The translations under genes and the position numbers were made by a program. Under the pieces are notes generated by a model. That model had not been told where the DNA came from, made no database searches, and saw only the letters and a program-made list of their open reading frames with translations. From Octopus sinensis (Eukaryota), in contig NC_042997.1 in assembly GCF_006345805.1 (NCBI RefSeq), positions 62,558,001 to 62,622,000 of the forward strand: 64,000 bases of DNA. Reading direction: 5' to 3'. Shown piece after piece: positions 25,866-39,465 of the stretch. Positions within the stretch are counted from its first letter, which is position 1. The number at the start of each line of letters is the position of its first letter.

Positions 25866-26075
25866 TGACGATGGGGAGCTGAAAAGTTCCTGACTTCGAA
25901 TAAAAGAAATTACAGGAGGATCAGTTAATTATGATTTTATTCAACGTATTTCCCTCTCGCATTCACACACTTATTGCAGCGATCCTTCAGTTTTTCTAAG
26001 CCCTATAGAGGAAGAACCTGGAAGGTTGGGCCTCCAAACAGGTCTTCCGTGATACCCTTACAGCCAGGAACTTTT
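25866..26075. mobile_element. Mariner-type non-autonomous remnant
   Basis: GGGGAGCTGAAAAGTTCCTGAC (25873) and inverted CAGCCAGGAACTTTTCAGCACCCTCT (26061) resemble paired terminal inverted repeats. Confidence 0.55.
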
Positions 26076-26189
26076 CAGCACCCTCTTCTACATGTATGTA
26101 TACACCATACATATATGCTGGCATCAATCCATTCTTCCATGCATCCATACAAACATACATATACAAAATAACACACACACACATATACA

Positions 26190-27090
26190 TTTGGGATACT
26201 AGACTGGTCTGTAGAGGAAGTCCATTTTATAGACATTAAAACCCGCAAGGTACTGACACCAATTGGAAACTGCCACCGAAGCAGTGATATCGACAAACTC
26301 TACCTAAGAAGATATGGAGATAGAGGCTTGAGATCAGTGTAGACAGATTCGAATGTCTCACAGTATCTCTCAGACAGGACTTGTCTCATTGTATCTCTCA
26401 GTCAGCAAAATAGTAACAAAAATAAATACATAAACTTTGTGCTGAAAGGTGAAAAGAACATTCTACGTGTTGGCAGTGAGCTTCACGAGAAGCACTCTCT
26501 ACTTGATGATCTCCCACACAACCCCAAAACAGCTGGACTAACATACCTAATAGAAGGCCTCAACGTGAAACATTCGGTATACCTAACAAAAAAAATGACT
26601 ATGCTTGGGTATGCTTCCCGAAGACTTGAGGAAGACAGTTATATCGCCATGAAGTACAACCTTTCTTGGACTTGTGACCGCTACATTACACTTCAAGAAT
26701 ATGAAATTGCTACGAAATACTTAAGAAGCAAAAGTGATAGTGAAGCTATTGGAACTCCAGGATACAACACGAAATATAGATTATAGATTATGTCATATTT
26801 CCGCAGAGACATCACACATTTGATTAGCAGCTCCCAAAAGTGTTTTGAAGCTACTGCTTCCGTATGCGACACGACTTTGCCGTAAAAACAATATACAATT
26901 CCATTCGAGAAATAAACTGTCCTGGAATAAATATAGAGAATCGCCTTGTTAGTGAATATATGCACAAATACCAACACAAGATATACTGGTGGAACATGCC
27001 CATCAAAACATCTGTCAAGTGTAAACATAAAAGGGTGGACAATGTTCTGTAGAAGAGACGAGAAAATTTGTGTACCGTCATAGAAGGCTA
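26190..27090 (+). mobile_element. R4/Dong-like (restriction-like endonuclease) LINE fragment, decayed
   Basis: SDIDKLYLRRYGDRGL at ~26283; RHDFAVKTIY (26864-27052) follows the CCHC region typical of RLE elements. Confidence 0.75.
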
Positions 27091-27584
27091 ACTGGACAAT
27101 TGCTTCGAATTCTCCAGCTTCTGACTAATTTATATTTACGCTTGAGAGTCAGCTTTTGTTTGTGTTTCCCACCAGCTCCACTTTTCTAACGTTATCCAAC
27201 GAAGCGCTTATTAACAATCAATGATTTTGTAAAGAGTGAGAGAGAGATTGAGAAAGAGAGTGAGGATGTGAGGTTGCAGTGGCAGGTTTTCTAAAAATCC
27301 CTACACCAACAGAATATCATATACTAGGAGGAGAATTATATGCGCGTCTGCGTGTAATGTGTATGTGTGTGCGCGCGTATGTATATATGTGCACGCATGT
27401 ATGTGTGTGTGTGTGCGCATGTATGTAAGTTTGTGAACGTGTGTGTGGGCGAGTGTGTGGGTGCGTGTGTGTGTGCGTGCGCTCATACATTTATGATCAC
27501 GCGCACATGCACGTGTGTGCGCGTCTGAGTAATTATGTATTTATATAACTTTTATCTTTTTTTTTTCTTTGCTTCAGTAAGGAC

Positions 27585-28076
27585 TTGACAGAGCAAAAAA
27601 GTGGTACGACCATAAACCCGAAGGCATCATCGAAAATGATAATGCAAAGATCCTATGGGATTTTATGATTCAGTGTGACCATGAGATAGAGAATAAGAAG
27701 CCAGTTATAGTGTTAATTGAGAAAGAAAGCAAACTATGCTGGATCATAGATATAGCATGCCCAGCTGACAACAAGGTATGCGATAAGGAAGAAAGAAAAG
27801 TAGACAGAGGTTAAGCAGTTGTGGTTGATGAAAAAGGTGGTGGTAGAACCAACAATTGTCGGAGCTCTGGGAACAGTGAGTAAAAATCTTGAGAAGTACA
27901 TGGAACAAATAGGGGCTGCAATAAGGCTGGAGCACTTGCAGAAAAAAGCACTGCTTGGAACCGCTCGAATGCTCCGGATGGTGCTCGAAAAATAAGGGGT
28001 GTTACCTTAGTTCACTGGTAGTGAACAGCTGGCACTGTAGTACATCTCCAGCGTTAGAAGTTGTGCAAAGACAAGA

Positions 28077-28128
<52 letters not shown>
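27585..28128 (+). mobile_element. R4/Dong-like LINE 3' end with (TAA)n tail
   Basis: KWYDHKPEGIIENDNAKILWDFMIQCDHEI...CWIIDIACPADN (RLE domain), 3' UTR, then (ATA)n at ~28078-28128. Confidence 0.85.
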
Positions 28129-28131
<3 letters not shown>

Positions 28132-30055
28132 GAAGAAAACAACCTGTTCCCAGAAGAGCAGAAAGGATGCTGCAAGGGCTCATATGGCTGTAAAGATCAA
28201 CTAATGATTAATAAAGGCATAACTGAAGACAGCCGCAGAAAGAAGAAAGGCCTCAGTATGGCCTGGATCGACTACGAAAAGCTTTTGATAGTATTCGCTA
28301 CACGTGGATCCTCGAAATACTAGCCTTTAACAAGGTAGCACCAATAATTATAAAATACATAAGACACTCTATGAATAAATGGCAGACAGTGCTACAGCTC
28401 CAAACAAAAGAGGGACTCATGAAAACCAAAGCCATCCCATTGGAAGAGGAATATTCCAGGGAGACACGCTCTCTCCACTCCTTTTCTGCTTGGCACTGAC
28501 ACCTCTATCTGATATACTAAATAGAACTGGATGCGGATACAAATGTTACGGCAAAACAATCAGCCACATTTTATATATGGATGACCTAAAACTATACGCT
28601 ACAAATGATAAACAGCTGGAAACACTACTACAGACAGTTCATGGATTTACCAAAGAAATAGATATAAAATTTTGATTAGAAAATGCGCCAAAGCAACTCC
28701 GAAAAGAGGAAAACTAGTTAAGAGTAGCAACATCACACTAGATAAAGCCAATGAAATAAGAGAATTAGACCAAAGCCAGACATATAAATATTTAGGAATC
28801 CATGAACTAGATATGATACAACACACACAAATGAAAGAGAAAATAAAGAAAGAATACTATAGACAAGTTAGATCAATACTAAAAACAGAGCTTAATGCTA
28901 AAAACCAGATAATATGTATTAACACTTTAGCCGTCCCAGTTATAAGTTACAGCTACAATATCCTTAACTGGACACTAAATGAACTAAAAAAATTGACAGG
29001 AAAACAAGAAAAATAATGACAGGATCTTGGATGCACCACCCAAAATTTGACATAGAAAAGCTATATATACAACGTATAGAAGGTGGTAGAGGCCTTATAC
29101 AGCTGGAAAACTATTATAAAATAACCACCATAGGACTTCAAAAATACCTACTTCAGAAGCAAGGAAAACTGATACAAATAGCCGCAAAACACGAGCAAAA
29201 CAAAAAACTGTTCACTGTATCTAAGGAAGCTGACAAATACAAACAAGAACTCATACTACCTAACAAATATGAAGAAGAAGAAGAAGAAGAAGAAGAAGAA
29301 GAAGAAGAAGAAGAAGAAGAAGAAGAAGAAGAAGAAGAAGAAGAAGAAGAAGAAGAAGAAGAAGAAGAAGAAGAAGAAGAAACAAAAGCTATAAAACAAA
29401 TGAAATTATCTCTGGTTGCCCAGTCCTGGCTAAGAAGGAATATATTCACAGACACGATAGAGTTGGGACCTATATACACTGGAAGCTATGCCATAACTAT
29501 GGAATAGCAACAGAAAAAAGATGGTATAAGCACACACCAGAAAAGGTCACAGAATACGAGAAAGCAACCATACTCTGGGATATGCCGATACACAAAGATG
29601 GAGAAATTAAGGCCAATAGGCAAAATATAGTTGTCAGAGATCATGAAGGAAAAAAATATTTTCTAAATGATGTATCAATACCAGCAGATGACAACGTTTC
29701 TCTAAAAGAAACGGAGAAACTTTCAAAATACAAAGATCTGGAAATAGAGGTAAATCGGATGTGGAATCTAAAAACAGAAACAATTCCTATCATAGTAGAT
29801 GCATTAGGTATGATAACAAGAATATTCAGACAAATACATAACAAAAATACCAGGACTTACAAATATATATAGCATACAGAAAATTGCACTACTAGGCACT
29901 GCACACATCCTACGCAAAGCACTTTCAATACAGTAACCAAAAGAGCATCACAACAAACCACAACACATTCCAAAGGCACACAGAGCTGTGCTCGGTAGTG
30001 AAGTGAAAGCACGCTATAAAAATAAAACTACTGGATAATAATAATAATAAAAATA

Positions 30056-30129
<74 letters not shown>

Positions 30130-30130
30130 T
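28129..30130 (+). mobile_element. R4/Dong-like LINE, 5'-truncated RT to RLE, flanked by (TAA)n
   Basis: EQKGC...CKDQLMIN, AWIDYEK, GIFQGDTLSPLLF, LYMDDLKLY, HPKFDIEKLY...GGRGL, DVSIPADDN...KYKDLEIE; several frameshifts. Confidence 0.9.
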
Positions 30131-30667
30131 ACCCCAGTGTCACTTTGATGGCATGCACTGCACTCTCAATCCTTTCTACTACAGTACAAGGCCTGGATTT
30201 TGTGGGGAGTGGGACAGTCGATTAGATCGACTCCAGTTCTTAACTGGTACTTAATTTATCGATCCCGAAATAATGAAGGGCAAAGTCGACCTCGCCGGAA
30301 TTTGAACTCAGAGCATAAAGACAGGCGAAATACTTATTTCTTTACTACCCACAAGGGGCTAAACACAGAGAGGACAAACAAGGACAGACAAACGGATTAA
30401 GTCGATTATATCAAATCCAGTGCGTAGCTGGTACTTATTTAATCGACCCCGAAAGGATGAAAGGCAAAGTCGACCTTGGCCGAATTTGAACTCAGGACGT
30501 AACGGCAGACGAAATACGGCTACGCATTTCGCCCGGCGTGCTAACGTTTCTGCCAGCTCGCAGACTTATCTCTTTTAAATATCAAAGGATTCATTGAAAG
30601 TTATTTTGACTTTACAAGTATCTACTGGTCAATGACTGAAAATGGTGAGAATTGTATTATATAATTA

Positions 30668-31245
30668 ACTAACTGAACGACCCGGTGTTGCCCGGGTTAC
30701 AGCTGTACTTAGATTAGTAAACAATAAATATGAAGATATGTTTTTCTCATAATTATTTTTAAATATCTATGTTTTATTTTTAAAAATCAAAATTGTAGTG
30801 CCAATAGAATTTTGAACTGAAAATCTGTCAATCTTGAAGCACCTCAGGATAAACAAAATTCATTGTGTCATTTTTTGTTGGTGTCCAAATGAATAAATTG
30901 TTGCTGCTTCCAACTCGTGAGCAAGCAACATGGAGTTGGCCGTGGGAGAATCATGTAATAGAGAGATCAGGTCCAACTACCTTGAGGGAATGACCCTGAG
31001 ATTTGTTGACTGAAATAGCAAAATTTAGTTTGACTGGAAACTGAAGCCTCCTAAATTTAAATGGAACATCTGTAGGTATGAGAGGAATTTTTTGAATAAA
31101 AACTTTTTCTCCTTTGTGACTCTCTGTTATGATTGTCGCCTCTAGGACACGGGGCTTCGTGGAAGTAACAATTAAGCGAGTTCAATTGCAGAGGCGAGGT
31201 GAGTCAAGATTCTTAAGCAACATAATGGGAGCACCTAGCTTTAGT
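30668..31245 (-). mobile_element. Helitron 3' end: helicase C-terminus, GC hairpin and terminus
   Basis: Hand translation 31245-30828: LKLGAPIMLLKNLDSPRLCN*TRL...FRRLQFPVKLNFAISVNKSQGHSLKVVG...FSHGQLHVACSRVG...VYPEVLQD*; hairpin CCCGGGCAACACCGGG about 12 nt before a TTAG/T end. Confidence 0.9.
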
Positions 31246-31254
31246 GTAGATGTG

Positions 31255-31285
<31 letters not shown>

Positions 31286-31489
31286 TGTGTGTTTAATAAC
31301 GTACCTAACAAACGCGCAAATATACATACACACACTCACAGACACATACACATTGATATAGAAATGTGTGACGACAGTTACATTCATATAGTAAGACTTA
31401 CATAGCTTTTCACCTCATTGATTTTGTCTGTCGTCACATATGTCTAGACGTGTGTTTTAATTCAAATGGAAATAAAAAAATATCACACA

Positions 31490-32345
31490 TCATCATCATT
31501 CATCATTGTTCGACCGTGGTCGAGACAATGGAATTTACCATGTTGCGCCAGACTTCACGGTCCATCATAGCATTACGGAGGTCCTGTTGCTGGATGCCTG
31601 TATCCCTGGAGATTACATCAGGGTAGGAGAGTGTGCACCCTCTGGTGTTGCGAGTAGATGGCTTCCAGAGGAGAAGAGTAGAAATTACTTCTTTTTCAGC
31701 TCTACAACAATGTCCAGCAAACTGGACTCTCCTACCTTTCACAAGAGATGACACAGGTGGTAATTTCCCATATATTTGCATTTTAGTTGGATGGCGCCTC
31801 CACGAGAGATTTTGAGCTCTCATAAGGAGGCGAGTGTAGGTTCCATCCAACCGCCTCTCAAGCTTCTTTGATAACGTCCAGGTTTCTGAGCCATATAGTA
31901 GAATTGGTTCGACTGTGGCTTTGAATATTTCAAGTTTGAAGTCTCTACTTAGATTTGATGACCAGATCTTATGCATGTCATTACAGGCTGACCAGGCCAT
32001 ACCCTTTCTAGTTAGAAAGTCTTTTCCAGATGATGATATGTATGACCCAAGATATTTATAATCAGAAACCATATTTAAAGGTGCACTATTGAGAGTGTGG
32101 ATGATGCAATCACTGTTGGACAGGCACTTGTTTATGTATTCAGTTTTGGTCTCATTGAGGTACAGACCTACACAATTTGAGGCTTGTTCAAGAGATTGTA
32201 AAAGAGACTGGGCATTGGAGAGAGAATCACTGATAAGAGCGATGTCGTCAGCAAAGTCAGTGTCTGTCAAGTACTCAGCTGGGTGTCTGGAACTTCTTCT
32301 TGGTTTTATTTCAAAGCCCTTGCCAGAGATGGTATCAACTGTTGA
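31490..32345 (-). mobile_element. RTE-type LINE 3' fragment
   Basis: TDFADDIALI, YKYLGS, VEPILLYGSETW within ORF 31503-32432; (TGA)n tail after the stop. Confidence 0.9.
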
Positions 32346-32704
32346 TATCACACATACACACACATACACTCTCACATACAGTTGCATACATATACTAATA
32401 CAAACACACACCACAGACATACATTCGCGCATGTCAGTCGTCCCATTTCTCCATATTAATCAATTATTTTCCAACGTGTGTGTGAGAGACAGAGAGAGAG
32501 GGGGAGAGGGAGAGGGAGAGGGAGATAGAGAAAGAGAAAGAGAGCGGGGATAATGAGAAAGAGAAAGAGAGAAAGAGGAGTGACAGGATATTTGTTTATC
32601 TCATGAATCTGACGAGCAGAAATCTACATCCAGCAATTTTTCCACTATGTTGGGCGACTTTCACCGGCTGCTGATATTTTGCTGTGTTCTAAATATGTTT
32701 CCCA

Positions 32705-32746
32705 ACGTGGTCCCCGACGTGGTCCCCGACGTGGTCCCCGACGTGG
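32705..32746. repeat. 12-bp tandem repeat ACGTGGTCCCCG, ~3.5 copies
   Basis: Direct read. Confidence 0.9.
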
Positions 32747-33366
32747 AGCAGGGTAATATTTTGGTGAGGCATATGTAGGGTTATGTTGTATATCTTTTGT
32801 ACACAATATTTAGTATACCTATGAGAGAAAGGGGGGCAATTCGAGAATGAGTGATTTTAAAAAATTCTTTACATCTCTTCTGTGGACAATTCATAAGATC
32901 TGATGTCACTAAAGAGGGAATAAGATTATTTCCTTCAATTTAGTGGTATGTGAAAACAAGTAGGTAATTATAAACGCGTATGTGTTTGTGTTTGTGTGTG
33001 TGTGTGTGTGTGCGTGTGTGTATGTGTGTGTGTGTGTGTGTACGCGCGCGCGTGTTTTTGTATGCGTGCATGCATGTAATGTAGTATAGAACTGGTCAAT
33101 ACTGAAAGCAATGCCATCTTAAATCCCTGTGGAGAAATAAACTGAAGACAGACTTATGTGTGCGGGTGTGTCTAAGAGTAGTGACTCTTTTATCTCTGGC
33201 GACAAAAAATCTAGGTACACAAGAAAAATGTGGTGCTGCAGAGTGTTAATAGAGCAATAAATGACATTGCGAGATGAGGGATGAAAGAATTGTTGTTGTT
33301 GGCATCCTTTTTGTCTCGGGAGACAATATAGTTGCGCATAAAATATTCTAGTCCGGCTTTTACATT

Positions 33367-33497
33367 TCATGTCCTTAATACATTTCTTGCTGTGGTGTGT
33401 AGTCCTATCCTGGACAAACACTCCCTCTGACAGGTGCCGTTAATGGCTGGTTGTAATGTCATAGTTTCTTGTTGACGTCTTTTCTTGTCTTTCCATT

Positions 33498-33551
<54 letters not shown>

Positions 33552-34050
33552 TTTGTATTCCCTCTTTTACGGTACGTCGCCAGTATCCATGGTTGCTGGC
33601 AACTGCTTCCCAATTGCAAATATTGATGTTGCAGGCCTTCATGTCCCTTTTGCAAACATCCTTGTAATGTAGGAACGGTCTTCCCACAGACCTAGTACCC
33701 CTAGCAAGCTCTCCGTAGAGTATGTCTTTGGGGATTCTGCCATCTTTCATACGGCTAACATGCCCAAGCCATCTCATACGTCTTTGTGTGAGGAATGCAA
33801 ACATGCTTGGTATTCCTGCTTGCTTGAGCACATCTTTGTTGGGGACATGATTCTGCCATTTGATGCGAAGGATTTTCCGGAGGCAGCGCATGTGAAAGAT
33901 GTTTAGGCGACGCTCTTGGCGTGTGTATGGCGTCCATGTCTCACTTCCATACAGTAGAGTTCTAAGTACACATGCCTGGTAGATCTTCATTTTCGCGGTC
34001 TTGGTCAGCTTATTGTTGTCCCATGCCCGTTTGGAGAGTTGGGCCATGAA
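33367..34050 (-). mobile_element. RTE (BovB-like) LINE 3' fragment with internal (GA)n
   Basis: YQACVLRTLLYGSETW...RWLGHVSRMKDGRIPKDILYGEL...GRPFLHYKDVCK. Confidence 0.9.
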
Positions 34051-34161
34051 AGAATTAAATGGTGTGAGTGAAGAGAAAGAGACAGAAAGAGAGAGAGAAA
34101 TAAAGAAGACAGAGAGAGGGGTGGAGACAGATAAATAAATAGATAGATAGATAGATAGATG

Positions 34162-34243
<82 letters not shown>

Positions 34244-34499
34244 AGAGGTGTATGGTACTGGTAACGCACACATACACACACACACGTATATATATGAACA
34301 GAGATGAAAATTAACAGGTCGTTTTATTTCCACCAGCCAGTTTTGTGAATTCAGCAAAAAGATAAGAAAAAACTTCCATCATTGATACAAAGTTTTTTGC
34401 ACCTGAGAAGTTTCACGGAATATTTTTTGTTTCTTTTTGAGCATATTTTCCCATAGTTTATACTGAAATCTTTTTGAATGAATATGTGTTATATCATGT

Positions 34500-35404
34500 A
34501 AATTCCGAAGATACAAAAGTTTGATAATGAAACAAATATGGGCGACTTGTTCAGAAATATCCGCCAGTGGGGAACAATTCTCAAAAATAGCCCCCAATTG
34601 TTTTCCCCAAAAATTCCTATGTCCTCGGAATCTACATAGTCTGCGGTATATTTGTAAAGAATTTCATTAAAAATATCCATTACTTTGGAAGACGAATTGA
34701 AGTGGACTCCGGGGAAATTTCCCAAAATACCCACCCCCAACTCCTCCTAAAACACTTTCGCCCAAGAAAATTTTGTATATTCGGAATCTACATGATATAA
34801 CACATATTCGTAGATAATTTCATTAAAAATATCCATTTTTCTGAAAGTTATGATCATCCAAAGTCGGTGGCGCTGAAATCTATAGTTATGCCGATTCAAA
34901 AATACAGCAGTGCAAGTAAAAAATAAGTTTGTCAATATTCAGAGGAATATTTAAAATTTGAATTTATACCCGCTATCCACGATAAACTGTCACCAAGTTA
35001 TTGGCGAAAAACTTGGATCTTGTGAATGTTTTAAAGTCCTCTCCCCATCCGTCGGAAAAGATTTTTGCGCAAATTTCTTTATAATCGTAATCTATGCCGG
35101 TTGAAAGGTTTTTGTATAAAATTTCATTAAAAAAACAAAACATTTCCCTAAAAGTTATGAGAGAAAAACTCGGATTTTGTGAATTTTCCGAAGTCCTCCG
35201 CCCCCACGTTGATTTTCACGCATCTTTTTTCATATTCGTTTCCTACACATTTTTTTACGTCCGTTGCACTATTTTTTAAAAACTTTGTTTCCGGTTAATA
35301 TTGTAAACATTAACCAAATTTTGAATAACAAAAATTATATATCACAAGGGGGCATAGAAATGATTCGGTGGGGTGCATGGCCAAAAATAGGTTGAGAATC
35401 ACTG
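34500..35404. mobile_element. Non-autonomous hAT-type element, only right end recognisable
   Basis: AGGTTGAGAATCACTG terminus at 35389-35404 followed by GTCTATAA (nnnTAnnn); internal degenerate repeats. Left boundary unknown. Confidence 0.5.
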
Positions 35405-36206
35405 GTCTATAAGAATAATCTTCTCAAGACGAATATCGCAGTTTGGAGGGCTTTCGATATATACACACTTCAAGTATGAATACATCGCTAATTAACAATT
35501 AAGTACATTTTCAATTCTTTATATTTTGCTTTTACTTGTTTCAGTCATTAGATTGCGGTCATACTGGGGCACCGCCTTGAAGAATTTCTAGTCGAATGAA
35601 TTGAACCCAGTACATATTCTTTTGTTAAACTTAAAACTTAACTTATCGATCTCTTTTACTGACCCGCTACGTTACGCAAACACACCAACAACGCTTGTCA
35701 AGCGGTGGTGGGGGAACTAACATAGACAAGAAAACATACACACATAGATATACGCACGCACATAGATACACACAAACACGTACAAACACACAATCACGCG
35801 CGCGCATACACACACACACAAACACACACATATAAGTTCAGAATTCAAGTGAATCAGGTCCTTAAATGGTAAAGCACCGACGTCGGCTCAGTGGAATCGT
35901 TATCGTGTTCAAAACAAAATTAGAGGAACATATACGTACGAAGTAAAGATGGATATATATTCCAGTTGCATGTACGATCACAAGCGTCCGGCTGAATATA
36001 TCACGAACCTCAAGGCTGCACTTGGGTACAAACGCTGCACCATTTGTAGTACACCCAATAGACTCCAGATCTACGCTACTTACAGGTTCCGAATAAGGTG
36101 ATTAATAAGCAAATAACAGATGGATAGTGTTTCACTCACTACAGTTGTTTCAGACGTGTTTTATATTGATGAATAGAATTATTGCATCGTGCGCAAAAAA
36201 AAACCC

Positions 36207-36392
36207 CGTTTTCATCAGGTGAATATATGCACAAATTAAACATTAAAAAAACATTCTACGAATCCAAGTATGTTTTTAATGTTTAATTCGCGCATATATT
36301 CACCTGATGAAAACGTTTTGTATTTTTTTGCATGATATAATAATTCTATTTATCAAAAAAAAAACACGTCAGAAACAGCTGTGGAGAGTGAA

Positions 36393-36400
<8 letters not shown>
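36207..36400. repeat. Inverted repeat (46-48-bp arms) with degenerate hammerhead on the right arm
   Basis: 36207-36254 pairs with 36270-36315; CTGATGA at 36304 and GAAACAGCTGT at 36372. Confidence 0.75.
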
Positions 36401-36437
<37 letters not shown>

Positions 36438-36768
36438 GAAAGGTTTGAAAATGCAATTTAAAAGGTGTTTATTTACTTTACCGGTTTCACTCTTTGGAAA
36501 AAGATTGTCAAAAGTAACATATATATATATTATTCTTTTACTTGTTTCAATCATTTGACTGCAGCCATGCTAAAGCACCGCCTTTAGTCTAGTAAATCGA
36601 CCACAGTACTTATTCTTTGTAAGCCTAATACTTATTACATCATTTATATTTGGGAACCGTTAAGTTACGGGAACATAAACTCACCATCATCGGTTGTCAA
36701 GCGACGTTGTGAGGATAAACACAGACACACAAACATATACACACAGGCACACACATATATATGACATG

Positions 36769-36813
<45 letters not shown>

Positions 36814-38021
36814 GACGAGCTTCTTTCGGTTTCCGTCCACCAAATCGACTCACAAGACTTTGGTCGGCCCGAGGCTATAGTAGAAGACACTTACCCAAAA
36901 TGCCACGCAGTGGTACTGGACCCGGAACCGTGTGGTTGGTAAACAAACTACTTACCACACAGCCACTCCTGCGCCTATATATATATATAATCAAAGGGAT
37001 GTGAGTTCGAGTCTCATGATTGTTTGCCGGCATATTTTTCTTCTTTGTATGGATGTGTAGTGAATCTTGCATGCATGAAGTGGATTCGATCCACCATAAC
37101 CAAATTTAAATTAACACTGCAACAGAACTTTTCCTACGATGGAACAATGGTTTTTCTCTGACAGCAGTTTTACATCTTCCAGATGCCTTTAGCTAGGCCG
37201 AAATAATGTCTTCACCACTTGACCCTTTCTAACCTCTTCTACTTCACCAAAAGCTAGAATAGTGATAACAAGACCACCAACTAAATCTATTGTTCTCAAT
37301 GATATAGCTATCCTTCTGGATAGTTATATAAGCAATCACACCCCAAGCAAAAATCACTTGGTCACTGGTGACAACTCGTGAGTTGAGAGAGAGCTAACAT
37401 CAGTTGGTGAACCGACCACTAGAATTATGGAAGCAGGCAGACAACACGGCCAGAGGGAAAAGAAAGACAACGTCCCACACTCTCTCACTCTCACTAGCTC
37501 CAATTCTGTTCTCTTACAACATCATTCTATCTCTCTCTGCGTTCTCTACTAAACAATGAAGAGGACACAAACACAAACTTTCCTTCAAATGCTTTTGGAT
37601 TTATTATAACCTGCCTGTCGAGGCAAGGTTTTGTAACGTAACGGTAAATAAATACTTTCTTAAAACTTCATGCATTGTTCATCTTTCCCATCCTACAACA
37701 TGCTATTATAACAACTAAACATTATCGTTGCATCTGCTGGTTTCGACACATCAATATAATGTTTACTAATAAATCTTAACCGTTACAAATGTTTTATCCA
37801 GTCTCTGCTGTTCTATCAGCGTTTATGCATTTGTAAATAAAATATTATCTTATTTGTATCTCACAATACACACTTCAGCTCTTCTAGAACAAACATTGAT
37901 TTGTTTACATTCATCGTAATGACGTTGATGACTCTGATGAGAACCCAATAAGGTTCAAAAATCGATTAAAGTTTAACGGCGGTGTATCAGCATGGCCGCA
38001 GCTCTGAGCTGAAACTAAAAG

Positions 38022-38061
<40 letters not shown>

Positions 38062-38164
38062 AATTCAGGGTGAATACTTGATAAGTGTAAGCACCTGTAT
38101 AGGCCAGCTAGTAGCAGAGATGAGAGGGTATATGCATCAAATGAAATAAAAAACAGAACACAAA

Positions 38165-38204
<40 letters not shown>

Positions 38205-38209
38205 GAATG

Positions 38210-38255
38210 GAGTTGAACGACGAATTAACAATTTTGTTAATTCGTCGTTCAACTC
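38210..38255. repeat. Perfect palindrome, 22-bp arms, 2-nt spacer
   Basis: GAGTTGAACGACGAATTAACAA-TT-TTGTTAATTCGTCGTTCAACTC. Confidence 0.95.
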
Positions 38256-38413
38256 TTTCATATATTTATATTTTTAAAAAAAAACATACAAATTTCCACA
38301 CGAAAGCACGTAACTTCAAACGTGTCTTCTCTGATGTGAATTTGCTACCCAGGTATCGGTTAAACCGAATTATCCATAACAAGATAATTCATTCAACTAC
38401 TCAAATATATATA

Positions 38414-38474
<61 letters not shown>

Positions 38475-38627
38475 ACGGGTTTCTTTCATTTTCCATCAAT
38501 CAAATCCACTCAAGGATTTGATCAGCCCGAGGCTATATCAGAAGACACTTGCCCAAAGTCCCAGGGCCATGTCGCATGTCGTTGAGAGGAAATCTTCTTA
38601 TTACATAGCAAAGTAACGTAGCATATA

Positions 38628-39465
38628 CACTGAACCACAAAGGTAGCGCGAGACGTGTGTGACAGTAAAATATGTTTTAATTTCATTATGTCAAAGTTAA
38701 ATCTCATAAAGTCAATTTCTTGGATGCACTTTGACTACAGTCTATGGGTCGTTTTCATGTGTTCTGATAGTGGGCGGATCCAGCACATCGAGATTGTAGG
38801 GCGTGACATGTTCAATACCGTGTATTCCCTCTCTGGGTGTTTAAAACAGTCATACATCGTCGATACATGGAGTGCATGAGGTAGTTCACAAAAGCCATTG
38901 TCATCTGTGCCCACACCCTGAGGAAAGCTGCCTCAAGTTCTACACGAGTTGTTGGCCTTGGGATCACCTGGTTCAGCCATCTCTGGATTTCATTCCACAA
39001 GTGTTCAATTGGGTTCAAGTCCGGGCTAAGAACCAGCCACGGTATGGTTCTGATGCTGTGCTGACGCAGGAAGACCATGGTGACCCTGACCGTGTGTGAA
39101 GGAGCCTTGTCCTGCTGGAACACGTGGCTATGGTGATGCGCGAAGAAGGGCGCGATGTGATGTCTTAGGATCTGGTCAACGTAACGATGCTCTGTGATGC
39201 TATTCCCTCTGCCTGCACCAGTATTTTGGAACACATTAGGGACCAATTCTCTGATTCAGGCCTATAGCACCCCAAACCATGATGCATTGAGCACCTCACG
39301 CGTCTCTCTCCATAACACATGCGTCTCTGTAGCGTTCACTCCTCTTATGCCACACTCTCACTCTGCCATCCGAGCTGGAAACTCAGTACCAGCTCTCATC
39401 AGAGAAGACTATCAACCTCCATTGTTGATGCCGTCAACGTCGGTGGCCAATCTGGCCACACTTGA
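38628..39465 (-). mobile_element. Tc1-family (DD34E) transposon, 3' half
   Basis: IVFSDES (~39400), FQQDKAPSH-34 aa-SPDLNPIEHLW, GNTRY*; TA/CACTG terminus at 38626-38632. Confidence 0.9.
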
